Below, in pieces: positions 37,218 to 49,047 of a stretch of DNA of 64,000 nt. The notes under the pieces were generated by a model. It ran no database searches and was not told the origin of the DNA. It was given only the letters and a program-made list of their open reading frames with translations. This stretch comes from Sphaerodactylus townsendi (taxonomy: Eukaryota). The stretch covers positions 11,780,001 through 11,844,000 of the forward strand of contig NC_059436.1 in the NCBI RefSeq assembly GCF_021028975.2. Direction: 5' to 3'. A program made the position numbers and the translations under genes. Each line of letters opens with the position of its first letter. The first letter of the stretch is position 1.

Positions 37218-38342
37218 TGAACTCCTTACATTTCTGCTCAATCCCTCTCCTGGAGCTACCAACTATAACAAACAAGGAATCCTGGTGAAACAGAATAATC
37301 GTTTAGCATTCTTTTGCATGCCATTCTCTAGCCATGCCATTCCATCAAGTTTCACAGCCAAACCCTGCATTTAGACCATGACTGATCTATTGCCAACTTC
37401 AGGGAGGCTACTGTCAAGAATCCATTGTCCAAAGGATTCCAGGGATGGCTCAACAAAACACAAGGTTGTAAAACTTTGAGGTATGAGTCCTCTTTTCCTC
37501 TGGACTGTTTCCAACGTGAACCTGAACCCTAGCAAGGGGTCAACAGAAGGAGGTGATATGGGTGTTCAGTTACACATGTATGAGGTTTGGCCTTTCTTTT
37601 CCCAGTCACACAAACTTGAGGAGGGGTTCAAGGGAAATGCTACAAGCACACTTTGCCCCCCTTGCATGGGTAGGGACCGTCTCATTTTAGAAATTAGCCT
37701 TCAATTGCACCCTACCTTAATTTACTGTTGTGATAAGCTTAAGTGAGAAAGAGAGACTAGCCAAAGGCCTCCTGGGAAACATCATGACTGAAGAGAACTG
37801 CAAACTGAGCATTTTGCAGTGGTCCAGTAAAATTTCTTCCTTAGTTACTTTTAGTGAAGATATTTGCACCTTGTGTTTGCACAGTTTGTGCAAAGCAATA
37901 TTTACACTGTGTGTGTGGACAGAGCCACAGTAGCTGACTGCAAGAGTCGAATTTTATGACCTTAAGTTTCCCATAGGGGCTGTAACACAATCTGTATTTG
38001 AGCTCAGTTTCATCATGGTTGCAACCTCTCTCCTCCTCCCCCCTTCCGCCCCCACCCAGAAATATTTGCTGCTCAGGTCTCCCTGACTGTTCATGCCCAA
38101 TACTTCATGCTGTTTCTTTTTAATGAGAGCTATCGTGTGAAGCTTTCTTTGCCTCTGAAATGTGCTATACCTGTGCTATATTTTATTGTATGCTACTTTG
38201 AAATATTTTGCAGAAAAGCTGTTTAGACTAGAACTCTGGCAAATGAATAAAGTAAAGATTAAAGGAGTCTCTGTGTGTGCAACCCTGGATGAAAGAAAAC
38301 ATAGCAAACAGCATCCCATGGCCTCCTGCCTGCTTGGGCCTT

Positions 38343-38788
38343 TAGGGTTGCCTTGACCAGCTCTTTCCCTAGGGTTTAACTCAACCTGATGATTCCCATG
38401 GAACTGAAGGTGGCTTACATTGAGGGATACTCCAAATTTCCAGGTGAACATGTTCCATACAGAATAGGCCACTCTGGTTTGGGAAACCTCAGGGGTGGAA
38501 CATGGGGAAGGTGGGGTTTGAAGAGGGAAGGGTTCCCCAGCCTTTTGGAATCTTTGGGCACCTTTGAAATTCTGATACAGAGTGATCTAAGAACACTTGT
38601 TGGGCACCAAGAAAGGTACTGGCATGTGCCATGGCACCCATGAGTATCATGATGGACTCTATGGACCACTGCCATAGAGTCTAGCCTCCAAAGCAGCAAT
38701 TGGCTCCAGGGAAACTGATCTCTGAGGTCTGGAGATCAGGTGAAATTATGAGAGATTTCCAGGCCCCACCTAGAAGTTGGAAACCTTA
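38343..38788. mobile_element. TAGGGTTGCC-type hAT non-autonomous element (long form)
   Basis: TAGGGTTGCC...TCCAGGGAAACTGATCTCTG...TTGGAAACCTTA. Confidence 0.7.
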
Positions 38789-39358
38789 GTTCCATAGTTG
38801 AACTTAATGTATTTGAATGTTGCAATAAGGTATGAAGACTCAAAGTGTTTGAAGCACTTGGAGAACTGCACATGGGTGAAAATGCTTTTGACCAAATTGA
38901 CCAGCTGCCATTGACATCGCTAAAGACTATTTAGATTAACACCCAACCGTACAACTGTTTTTAAATACATTTCTTTATGAGTAATTTATATGATTTATGA
39001 CCCATTTAACTGTCCATTCAAACAAGAGCCAGCTGAGTGGAACAGTGGGATAGCTAAGAAGTAAAATGTGGGCCGTTTGAGAATGCGCATGCATGGAAAG
39101 CCACACTGGACTGTTAGGAAGGAACAGATACACTGCCGAAGAGCCACAAATGGGTTGATGAACGGCCTGTTGAAAAACTGACTGCCTGATCATGAACAGG
39201 ATATGAGCAGAACAGGCATGCTGGAACATCCCTAACTAGATGCAGTTTTTATTACTATTATTTTTTAGCCTTACAATCACACTATGACAGAAAAGCAATG
39301 ACAGAAAGGTGGCCATCATGGCTAAGAGGTGATTTCATTTCAGGTGGCCAACTTTAGG

Positions 39359-39674
39359 TGAGCCAGCATGGTGTAGTGATTAAGAGCAGGTGGATTCTAA
39401 TCTGGAGAACCGGGTTTGATTCCCCACTCCTCCACCTGAGTGGCAGAGGCTTATCTGGTGAACCAGATCTGTTTCCATACTCCTACATTCCTGCTTGGTG
39501 ACCTTGGGCTAGTCACAGTTCTTCGGAACTCCCTCAGCCCTACCTACCTCACAAGGTGTCTGTTGTGGGGAGAAGAAGGGAAAGGAGCTTGTAAGTCACC
39601 TTACAGGAGTCTCTTTACATGAGAGAAAGGTGGGGTATAAATCCAAACTCCTCCTCCTCCTCCTTCCTCTTCTT
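39359..39674 (+). mobile_element. Squam3-type SINE
   Basis: Full-length, with A/B boxes, core and (TCC)n tail. Confidence 0.92.
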
Positions 39675-40062
39675 CATTCATTCATTGTACTACAAGGGTG
39701 GATTCCGCACTGCACAAATATAACATCTTCAGATCTCTCACCTAAAAACAACTCAGGATTATCATATTTCTCTCAACCCAGGCTTGACAAAAGTCACTCA
39801 ACCAGCAATCTTTTTGCAAAATCCTGGCTTGAAGGCACTCCCGTGCCAACACAAGAGAAAGGAGATGCTTTATTTTCCTCCCTTCTACACTTTCACTTTA
39901 GCTTCCGAAGCCATCCGCCATTTCAGAGAGAATCTGCCATCCTGCCATCCTGTGCAGTTTGCCCAGTTTATTGTAGACTGATTCTCTGAAAACCCACTGT
40001 TTCACAAGTCCCCCAGGCATGTTTTCTCCCTGTGGCTGTGAGTATGGCTGCCATTTCACTCC

Positions 40063-40265
40063 TGTATTTATTTAGTACCCCTACCACCTTCCTCTAAGGA
40101 GCTCAAGATAGTATATATAGTGCTTTCCGCTACTTCATCTTACCCTCACAATAACCTATGAGGTAGGCTAAGCTGAAAGGATGTTAGGCCCCAAGTCACC
40201 TACTGAGTTTCATGGCAAATGGGGATTTGAATCAGGATTTCTCAGATCCTAGTTTAACACTCTTA
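40063..40265 (-). mobile_element. Old CORE SINE
   Basis: CCTCACAATAACCTATGAGGTAGGCTAAG...GGGATTTGAA...AGATCCTAG. Confidence 0.7.
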
Positions 40266-41214
40266 CCCCAATAATGACATTTTTGATACCTTACGCCAAC
40301 CTGGTACCCTAACATAAATCTGCTTTCAAGTAGTGGGGAAATCTACTTGAAATTAGACATCAATTTCCAAAAATTCACTAGACTGGGTGCCAGCCCCCCC
40401 CCCCATTCCTTTAGAACAAACCCATTCACAGTATCTGCTGCTGTCTGACACAAAGTTAAGCAATTGCACCACTTTTCATCCCAGAAGTGTTGAAAGATAC
40501 AATCTGCACACTGTGTAAATCTATACCACACTTTTCTGAAAGCTAGAGATTGGGGGTATCTGCCTCCAGACTCCACTGTTATCGTTCTTGGGACACCTCT
40601 GTCCACACCGACTCCTCCTTCCCCTTCCCAACAGCACAAGCTGGAAAGGATGCTTCAGAAAGCCACAACCATCTCCTTATCTGGCAGGAGCAGCTGTTTC
40701 AGCTCCTTGGGCCTGCCTTATGCAATAAGCACTTTGTAATCCAAGGAGTCGAGGAGTGCGCTACGCTGGAAGCAGAAAATGAATTTGTCCCCGGCTGATG
40801 TGAATCAACAGCACGCAGGTGCCGGCTCCTCCATTCAGATGAAAAACCATGGAGATTAGTTAGCCACTGATAGCCAGGAGGCTCTGCAGGCAGCCGTGTC
40901 CTGACTAGTAGCAAAATAAGCTTCCATTTCTTTCGGCTTTGACCATGCATGGATTACCTGAAGTGCGCTGGAGAACCTCTCTAGATGCTTTTTCTTTTGC
41001 TGAGTAGTTCCTTCCCGATTTTGTACAATCTCCTTATCCCCAATTGGTTGCTTTATAAAACCGCTTTATGAAACTGCCTTTTCCTCTTCTGAGTGAACTT
41101 TTTTTTAACTCAAGCTTCACAGCTGCCTCTTTTTTAAGGTTTTTCGTCACCCAGCTTGGATAGGAAGGAGAATCTCTTTTACAAAGGAAAGCAAAATTAA
41201 AAAGGAGACATTGC

Positions 41215-41420
41215 AGGGTGCTGGTTAGTAACTGGTTATGGACACCTGGGTACAAATCTCTACTCTATTTTGAAACTCACTGAATGATTTTGCATCAGCC
41301 ATTTCATTTCAGATTAACCTAACCCACAGCGTTGTTGTGAGGTTGAAGGGGGGAGGGATCATGAACACTTCCCCAAGCTCTTTAGAGGAAGAGTAGGGCA
41401 ATAATCTAAATAAATAAGTA
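41215..41420 (+). mobile_element. Old CORE SINE (degraded)
   Basis: CACCTGGGTACAAATC...AACCTAACCCACAGCGTTGTTGTGAGG...TAAATAAATAA. Confidence 0.6.
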
Positions 41421-42609
41421 AAGTGAGTCTGAATGGAGGCCTCACCTGTGCAAAAAATAACCAGATAGCAATACAGGTTCAAGACTCACACAGAATAGTC
41501 ACTTTGGATCAGAAAGTCACTGGCTCAGATCTTCCTTTTAGCATGAGCTAAACTCAGTGACCTTAGACAAGTTTTCTCTTTTGGCCTCAGTCCCCCTGCC
41601 TCCACAGCTATGCACAGTTCAGATGGGGTTGCCCACCTTACAGGATTGTTGCAGAGCTTAGGAGAATTTAATGCTGAGGATGCTAAATCTTCCAGTGTTT
41701 TCATCGATGAATGACTGGCCTTCCTTTTGAATGTGCCAGTTGGCTGGCGCTTTCATGCCACTTCCTTTGGTGACTATCACCATGCTAGCTACCTGCTCCA
41801 GATTCCTTTTTCCATCCACTGTTTGTAATAAATGTGAAAACAGAGCTATTTGTAACCTTGACAGTAATTGACTTCTCAAATTAATAACGCTTCTTTGTAA
41901 CTCAAAATGCAATTATTGCTTTGTGGCACTGAGGGTTAGACTCGTTGCCAGCAGGAACAGTTGCTTCTAGGAGTGCCCAAATTACACCATGAAATCCTAA
42001 CAGGAGGTGGGTCAAGATAACCTATCCCCAGAAGGGCTGAGCTGCTGTTGTAAATACTCTCCAATGTAAAAACTTAAGTGGGTGCATAAGCATAAGATGA
42101 GACTTAACAGGCACAGTTGCTTTTAGACAAAACCATTGGCTCACATTAGGAGGGAATAATGGAGTGTGCAATAGTAAATGGAACATGGAGGACCTGAAGC
42201 GCACAGGATGAGTCACTTTAAGAAGCAAATGTTCTTCTCCCCTGCTCTGAAAGCAGATAATGAAGGCTACCTGCTCCTATGGTCAAAAGAACCTGATTTT
42301 CTCTTGTAGTGTGGACATACAAGGGAACATCATAGTGTCTGTATCTCTTTGTCCATGGAAAAATGGAACTGAATTTAAATGGGGTCTTTATCTGATAAGA
42401 TAACTCAACTAGATTTAGGTTGCTTCCATGCAGGGATAATTTCCCATTGTGCTCTTATTGCCATTGCAAACGCAAAGGCATTTGTAGCTGCAATGGAAGC
42501 TACTTATGGGGTGGGGGGTCTACATGCTATGCTTTTTTGGTTAGAGAGGAATGCAGAACAAATCTGCCATGTAGATGCAATCTTTTTATCTGTTTCATTG
42601 TTGGAAGTC

Positions 42610-42827
42610 AACTGCAGTTGGTGGATGAAGCTGCCATCAAACTGGTGACTATAGTTGGTGACTGTAGGGTTTTCAAGGCAAGAGATGTTCAGAGGTGGTT
42701 TGCCATTGCCTGCTTCTTTGTTGCAATCATGGACTTCCTTGGTGGTCTCCCACTCAAATACTCATCAGGGAGAACCCTGCTTAGATTCTGAGATCTGGTG
42801 AGATATCAGGCTAGCCTGGGCCATCCA
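42610..42827 (-). mobile_element. 5S-Sauria-type SINE
   Basis: GGGTTTTCAAGGCAAGAGATGTTCAGAGGTGGTTTGCCATTGCC...CCTTGGTGGTCTCCCA...GAGATCTG. Confidence 0.88.
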
Positions 42828-43297
42828 GGTCAGGGTCAGTTAGGAGGTTTTAAATCTTAAATTGGGATCCAACAAACCTGTTCTCAGTTGCCAAATCTTA
42901 GTTAGGATGTCTACTATCACTGAATTCTCTTGTCAGTGGCCACAGTGCTCAAGAAGGTATAGTAAATTCTTTATTGAAGGGAGGATACATTTTTATGAAG
43001 GAAGCAGTTATCTATGACCCAAAACTAGAGAGGTCCAACTATAAGGTACATTCTCAGCTGGACACTCCCCTGGAACAGAAAGAAGAAAAAGAAGAGGAGT
43101 TTGGATATTTCAACAGATTTTTTGTCTGCCAGTTGAGCCCTTCTTGGATATTTGGCCATCTCCTTTCCTGTATTCCTTCCTAACAGTGCAGCATAACACA
43201 ACTGACTTTTCATTCATTTGCATTCTCACTCAGATCAACAGAATTTTACTCCCCACTCCAGTTGAACTGCTGTTTCACTTGGCACCCAACTGTTTAA

Positions 43298-43432
43298 AGT
43301 AAAGGTAATGGACGTTCTCTGTGCAAGCACCGGATCATTACTAATCCATGGGGTTATTGAACAGTTACTGTACAGACAAGGTGGTTTGCCATTCCCTTTC
43401 CCAGTTCTCTACACTTCATCCCCAGAAGGCTG
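43298..43432 (-). mobile_element. Sauria SINE 3' fragment
   Basis: GTAAAGGTA...TGTGCAAGCACCGG...GGTGGTTTGCCATT. Confidence 0.7.
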
Positions 43433-44555
43433 AGGCAGGTAAATCAGTCATTTGTAATTTGGTGACAGGGTCTGAATGGAGAGCCACTGAGGATGTTCGT
43501 CAGAGGGAAAAAATGTAGGCCGTTGAAGCCAGGCCAAAACTGCCCAATCACATCTCAAAGTCTTCGATATTTGTTGAAGAAAACACAAACAAGAGGCAAA
43601 ATCTTCAAAGAGGTACTCCAAAACAAGTTTCTTATGATCCAAACCAATGCATCTACTTCAAAGAGAATTTTCTTCAGGAACAAGAAATTGGCTGTGACAT
43701 AAGCATGCGTTCTTGTCCCTGAAGAAGACCATTTTTCTGGATTGAAATACATTGGCTGGAGGATCTTCCCCACACCATTCCTTGATCATGGGGACCTGGT
43801 GACACCAGGTAGGCAATTCCATGCCGCTGCCCACCATAGTATCTATATATCTGTTATTTCCTCAAGACAAACAACTTGTCCTGTCCTTGCACCCCAGTCA
43901 GCCAGTCTCCCTGCCTATTTCCTGCCAGTCTGTTCACCCAGACACTTGCCAGTCCTTGCAACGAAACATCTGATACTGAGAAGGTGAGTTAAGAGCCTTC
44001 ACTGTAAGTATCAAGGACAGTATCCCTGCAACATCCAACACAATCTACAGAAAGTTCAGCAACTTCCACAGCTCAAGGACTTTTTATGACACTTGTACAT
44101 ATATTTTTAACGCACCAAGATTCAAATTGCACAGCGCACAGAGGCAGCTCTTTAACAAGCCCCGACCTTTGGAGTTAATGCTCCGATGCACATGGATAAA
44201 CTCAAATTAAGAACCTGCATTCTTGATGCAAACACTAGTACAAATTCTCCCTGGGCTGCTGCTGCGTGGCAAACAGCACTGCGCTGAAGGGGAGACTGGA
44301 ACACAAGGCTACCGAGCCATCAAAAAGGAAAATTACCAAGAATTCCTCAGGAGCAACAAGTCAACAATGAATGGCAGCCATTGCTTCCTTGTTGGGCCAC
44401 ACATGCTAATGTGTGGTGGGTTAAGTGGTGGGTTAAGCTTGTCTTGAATCAGAAACATCTTTCCCCAACACACAAAGGAACTAGGTGAATCCTTTTTTTC
44501 TGGGTTGATGCAACCTTATTTCATGTCCCACTAGTTGCTCAGGATATGCAGTATA

Positions 44556-44860
44556 CAGTGGAACCTCGGTTTTCATTGCCTTCGGTTTTCATCCGTTACG
44601 GTTTTCATCGATTTTTGTCAGTGAAAAATTTGTCTCGGTTTTCATTGATTTGGCTTGGTTTTCATCGATTTGCAGTAAGGTGCAGGGGTTTGTGGAGAAA
44701 AAATCACCCGGACAAAGCTGTTGCAGGCCGTGTCTGCAACTTGCTTAATGACAATGTCTTGCCCCATTTCAGACAAATCTTAAAGAGGCGTCAGAAACAA
44801 ATCTCTTTGGACAGCTTTCTGGTGCAACATTGGTCCACTGGCTCTGAAGCTGGTTCTAGT
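44556..44860 (+). mobile_element. Tigger/pogo-family internally deleted transposon (left TIR + transposase C-terminus)
   Basis: TA|CAGTGGAACCTCGG TIR, five GGTTTTCAT subterminal repeats, then KNHPDKAVAGRVCNLLNDNVLPHFRQILKRRQKQISLDSFL. Confidence 0.85.
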
Positions 44861-46108
44861 GTTATTGTTTGTTACTGTTTTCAGCATTAGACACTAGGTT
44901 TATTCCCCAAAAATGTGTTAGCAGCAGAGGTACAGATTATGCAGTACAGATTTTGTGATCCACATAGAAGCAACACAGACAATTAGAGATACAGGTTAAA
45001 AGATGGTGGCAGAATAGGCAACCTCCATCTTGCCATCTGAGATTAAACAAACAGGTACCATCTCGCTGCATGCACAGTGGGTGGATTAAAAAAGACGGTT
45101 CCATCTCCAGCACCAAAGAAGCCTGAACAATCTTGTTACCATGTAATGAAAAAGCAGGGCACCTGTAATTGACTACAAACATGAAAGCCAAAGAGCTGCC
45201 TTGCTGGATCAAATTAAGATCCATTTAGTCCTGCTTTATGTTTCAGTAGTAGCCAACCAGATTACATGTACTGCATGAAAGCAACAGCTCCCACCTTATT
45301 GTCTGTCCCTAGCACTTTGTACTCTGGGATATGCAATCTCTGAATACACAGGTTCCATTTAGCTATCAAGGTTCAGAGCGTAGACCAATCTTCTTAAAAG
45401 CACATCCTACTGAGAGAACTATCTTAAAGAATACTGTCCTTTAATCTTTCTAACTCTCACAAATCTAAACGATCTAAGGCAATAAATCTAAACCACTCAA
45501 ATTAGTTGATTCAAATTACATGAGGCAGCTGGTAATTACCCGGGCAAGGGTCGAGCCACCTCTCTAGCTATCTATGTCACTTTCATTATTTAATTAATGT
45601 ATTTTACTCAATGAGAACGGGTGTGCCCATTTTCTGTTAATGTTTCTGTATGTTTCTGTATTCATATCATTTCTCACGCTGTGTATCCAAACACTTCCCT
45701 GAACCTCATGGTAATCTCAGATGGGTGGGAGCCAAGTCAATAGGTGTGGCACTGGCACCTCCTTTTGATGAGATACACATACATCCTTTTGTTTTGTTTT
45801 TGAGCCATGATGCCAAAGAAAGTTTTTTAGCACCTGGTCAACTTAAGCAGCTTCCCAAGGCCCATGTGCGGACCCTTATGTGCACAGGCCCAATTTACAA
45901 TCATGGGATCAATTCCCTGATCTTCTACTGACTGCAAGAACCAGGCATGTGTATATGAAATTGTATGCTTGGTTTGTTCTCCAGAACTTCTCAACACTGG
46001 TTCTTAGGCTTTTAAGCTTGTAAATGCCATATCCAGTCCAAATAATTCCACCAGCATCCAGCTCCCTTCTGTTTTATTTATTTAACTCAAGGGACACTGT
46101 AATGGTAC

Positions 46109-46260
46109 TGGTTGTTGTGGGTTTTCCAGGCTGTGTGATCATGGTCTGGTAGATCCTAATGTGGTCTTGATATCTGTGGTCTGGATCTTGTTCCTAACGT
46201 TTCGGCTGCATCTGTGGCTGGCATCTTCAGAGGTGTATCACAAAGGGAAGTCTGTTGCAC
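46109..46260 (-). mobile_element. Penelope-like retroelement terminal fragment
   Basis: GGTTGTTGTGGGTTTTCC...CCTAACGTTTCGGCTGCATCTGTGGCTGGCATCTTCAGAGG, typical of squamate Penelope pseudo-LTRs as I recall them. Strand assigned from the embedded hammerhead. Confidence 0.8.
46193..46233 (-). ncRNA. Minimal type I hammerhead ribozyme motif (PLE-associated)
   Basis: Minus-strand RNA CCU-CUGAAGA-U-GCCAGCCACAGAUGCAGCC-GAAA-CGUU-AGG: intact CUGANGA and GAAA cores, palindromic ACGU stem III, CCU/AGG stem I, one C-C mismatch in stem II. Confidence 0.7.
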
Positions 46261-46270
46261 CCAAAGAACA

Positions 46271-46410
46271 CTAGGATCTCAGGAAGAGCCTGGCTTTCCC
46301 CATCACCAGCCACTTGAGATCTTCTAATTGGAGATGCTGGGGAACTGAACCTGAAGCCTTCTGCATGGAAAATAAATGCTCTACCTCCAGGCCATAGCCA
46401 CGCCCCAAAC
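46271..46410 (-). mobile_element. tRNA-derived SINE (Squam2/Anolis SINE2-like)
   Basis: TGGAGATGCTGGGGAACTGAACCTGAAGCCTTCTGCATG...TGCTCTACC (reverse A/B boxes). Confidence 0.7.
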
Positions 46411-46414
46411 AGCT

Positions 46415-46700
46415 GCAGGCAAGTGAACAGTTGGGCAGGAGGCGTGTTAGGTGGGTGCAATTCTCTAGTTGGATCTTAGTCCCGGTCTCAAATCTGCAGA
46501 CCCACCCAGGGACAAAGGGCCATATCACTACCCTGGGGGCCAGTCATGCCTGCCTGCAAAGCTGCGCATCAGGGGGAGGTAAGAACCACAACAAAAGATG
46601 CACTGCTGTGTGAAGTCCATTCGCATGGCTGGCTGTCTACGAGACCTAGTTCACATAACCCACCTTTCACCCGCATTTATTGGCCCGTGTGGAAGGGGCC
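46415..46700. mobile_element. Harbinger MITE, right part (family of 10962-11436)
   Basis: GGGCAGGAGGCGTGTTA... and end TTTATTGGCCCGTGTGGAAGGGGCC. Confidence 0.7.
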
Positions 46701-47450
46701 TTTCTGATAGCCCTTCCCAGCCTCTTCCAGCCCTCCTGGAACTGTTAGAAGCAAAGCCGAAGTTGTAATCAAAATGAAGCTAATGAAGTTGTAGCATTTG
46801 GAATGTAAAAGATGATGCAGGAAACACACAATAAAGCAAGACTCTCCATAATAGAATGTAAATTCGGCGTTTGTGTGTGTTCTGTTCACAATGTCCCCAA
46901 GCAGATGGTTCTGCTAACTCACTGCCAGGGCTCTCTAAACTCGCTGCTGTGCATGGAACAGTGGCAGCTTCAACAAACTGCACAGACGGCCACAATGCTG
47001 AGACAACTGGAGCCCATTACTGTATAACAACATCATCAACACAAAGAATTTCTATTGCAACATTTGGCAGGTCCGTAACTGGCTCATCTAAGCAGCCTGG
47101 GGAAATCGGTGCAGGTCTGTTGCATTCAGGTAGAAAGCAATCTTACTTCTGTACCCCATTTATTCAGCTGCATGCATCACAAACTGACAACAATCCTTTG
47201 CTTACACCATCTCGGAATAAGTGTTTTATAAAGCCGCAGCCAACATACAAATGTTTACAAAATCACTTGTACTGACAGGTGCCAATCTCAGGGGGCAGAG
47301 CAATTTAAAGTTGTTTTAAAAAGTCAGCAAGAGAAGATGCAATGATGACTGAGACTGTCCCTTCACCCTTCTGGCATCCTGTCCAAACTGTATCTTCCGC
47401 ATCCTCTATTTTCTCACTGGGATAATGTGCAATTCTCCCTTCGAACACGA

Positions 47451-48064
47451 GCACTTAGGCAAAAAAAAATGAAATGAAATATATAGGATGGGTGACACCT
47501 GGCTTGACAACACAGCATGCGAAAGGGATCTGGAAGTCTTCGTAGACCACAAGCTGAACATGAGTCAGCAGTGTGATGTAGCAGCCCAGAAAGCCAATGA
47601 AATTCTGAGATGCATTGATAGGAGTATAGTGTCTAGATCAGGGGTAGGGAACCTGCGGCTCTCCAGATGTTCAGGAACTACAATTCCCATCAGCCCCTAC
47701 CAGCATGGCCAATTGGCCATGCTGACAGAGGGGTGACATGATAGCCATGTTTAAATATTTGAAGGGATGCCATGTTGAAGAGGGAACAAGCTTGTTTTCT
47801 GCTGCTCCAGAGTCTAGGACAAGGAGTAATGGTGAAGGGAAAGAGATTCCACCTAAACATCAGGAAAAAACTTCCTGTCAGTAAGTGCTGTTCGACAGTG
47901 GAATGCACTACCTCAGAGTGTGGTGGAGTCTCCTTTTTTGGAGGTTTTTAAACAGAGGCTGGATGATCATATGTCAGGAGTGCTTTGATTGTGTGTTCCT
48001 GCATGGCAGGGGATTGGACTTGATGGCCCTTGTAGTCTCTTCCAACTCTATGATTCTATGATTC
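47451..48064 (+). mobile_element. CR1 3' fragment with half hAT MITE (47639-about 47727) and internal deletion
   Basis: MGDTWLDNTACERDLEVFVDHKLNMSQQCDVAAQKANEIL; MITE starts CAGGGGTAGGGAACC; CR1 resumes at GGTGACATGATAGCC; ATGATTC tail. Confidence 0.92.
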
Positions 48065-48084
48065 AAAAGGGATGAGATCCCATG

Positions 48085-48250
48085 AAGCTGCCTTACATGT
48101 AGTGAGGATCTCACCAGGATCTCAGGAAGAGAATGGCTTTTCCCATCACTAGCCACTTAGATCTTCTAATTAGATATGCTGAGGAACTGAACCTGCAGCC
48201 TTCTGCATGGAAAATAACTGCTCTACCACTAAGCCATGCCCCCACCCCAA
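48085..48250 (-). mobile_element. tRNA-derived SINE (same family as 46271)
   Basis: ATGAAGCTGCCTTA...GAACTGAACCTGCAGCCTTCTGCATG...GCTCTACCACTAAGCC. Confidence 0.75.
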
Positions 48251-48941
48251 ACATCAACTCTCAAAAGGAGAACACATCAAGATATGGAACTTGATCAGCC
48301 ATAAAACTGAGAAGGGAAAGAAGGGCAATGATCTTCACACTTCCACTCTCACTGCTGCTTTGGGATGGCAGAATCAGCTGAAAGACAAGTCCTTTCTCTC
48401 TTGACCTGCCCTGCACCCTTGCTCCACACACCCCTGCTACTCCTAGGCTCAAATTTGACCATGGGATCTCAGCTCTTGCCACTGTAGTGACCCCCAACCT
48501 TGCCATACCCTTTTATATCCCTCCTATCTTTGCCTTCACTTACAGGTCCAGTTTACTGTCTATGACCAAAGGCCATTACAACAAAATGGTCACAATTATC
48601 TATAATAAAATCAAACATAACCTCAACATGGATGCAATCAAACACAAACACAGTTTAAAATCAAATGCAGGTCTTTCCTAAATTAGATACAGTTCTGGTT
48701 CAAATTTCCTTCGCTGCCAGCGCAAAAAGTGACGTTTTCTACCTTCAGGTAGCGGAATATTCTTTGAAGACAGCCACATACTTTTATCGGGTCAAATGTT
48801 CGAACTACACAACAAATGAGTCAGCTCAGCAGAGTTCAAGGAAGCTGCCCCGAGCAGTCATGTATCAAATAACACTGTTGGTATAAGCAGTTTACCTTTA
48901 GCAGCACCATAAAACACACACACCCAAGCAGCTATTCTTAC

Positions 48942-49047
48942 CTGTACTGGGTGACAGCAGGGTTGGCTTTGGCTGAGCAGTGAAACTTCACCGTGTTGTC
49001 CTCCAGGATAGGCTGTGGTTCAACCGACAGATTGACGTGAGGTGGAT
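48942..49047 (-). CDS. KIRREL3: Internal coding exon of Kin of IRRE-like protein 3 (Neph2), N-terminal part of Ig-like domain 3
   Basis: Minus strand reads ...ctccttgcag|AT CCA CCT CAC GTC AAT CTG TCG GTT GAA ... ACC CAG TAC AG|gtaaga = (H)[34 protein letters not shown](R). This is nearly identical to the human KIRREL3 peptide as I recall it ([36 protein letters not shown]). 106 nt, phase 1/2, canonical AG/GT, branch-like TTAAT upstream. Confidence 0.96.

Noticed and set aside
43716-43757. Second hammerhead-like motif on the plus strand (CC-CTGAAGA-AGACCATTTTTCTGGATT-GAAA-TACATT-GG)
   Set aside because: Stem II is mismatched and stem III is not palindromic. At best a CpG-decayed relic, and it is antisense to KIRREL3.
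44556-44670. Regularly spaced short direct repeats resembling a CRISPR array (also 25500-25720)
   Set aside because: These are transposon subterminal repeats in eukaryotic DNA, with no spacer structure or cas genes.
45530-45567. Helitron-like 3' end (CCCGGGCAAGGGTCGAG...CTAG)
   Set aside because: The hairpin is poor and no 5' end is identifiable; not supportable without a search.
48896-48941. Cryptic donor AAG|GTAAAC 46 nt into the intron
   Set aside because: Read-through hits TAA immediately (AGG TAA) and nothing in the sequence shows the site is used.
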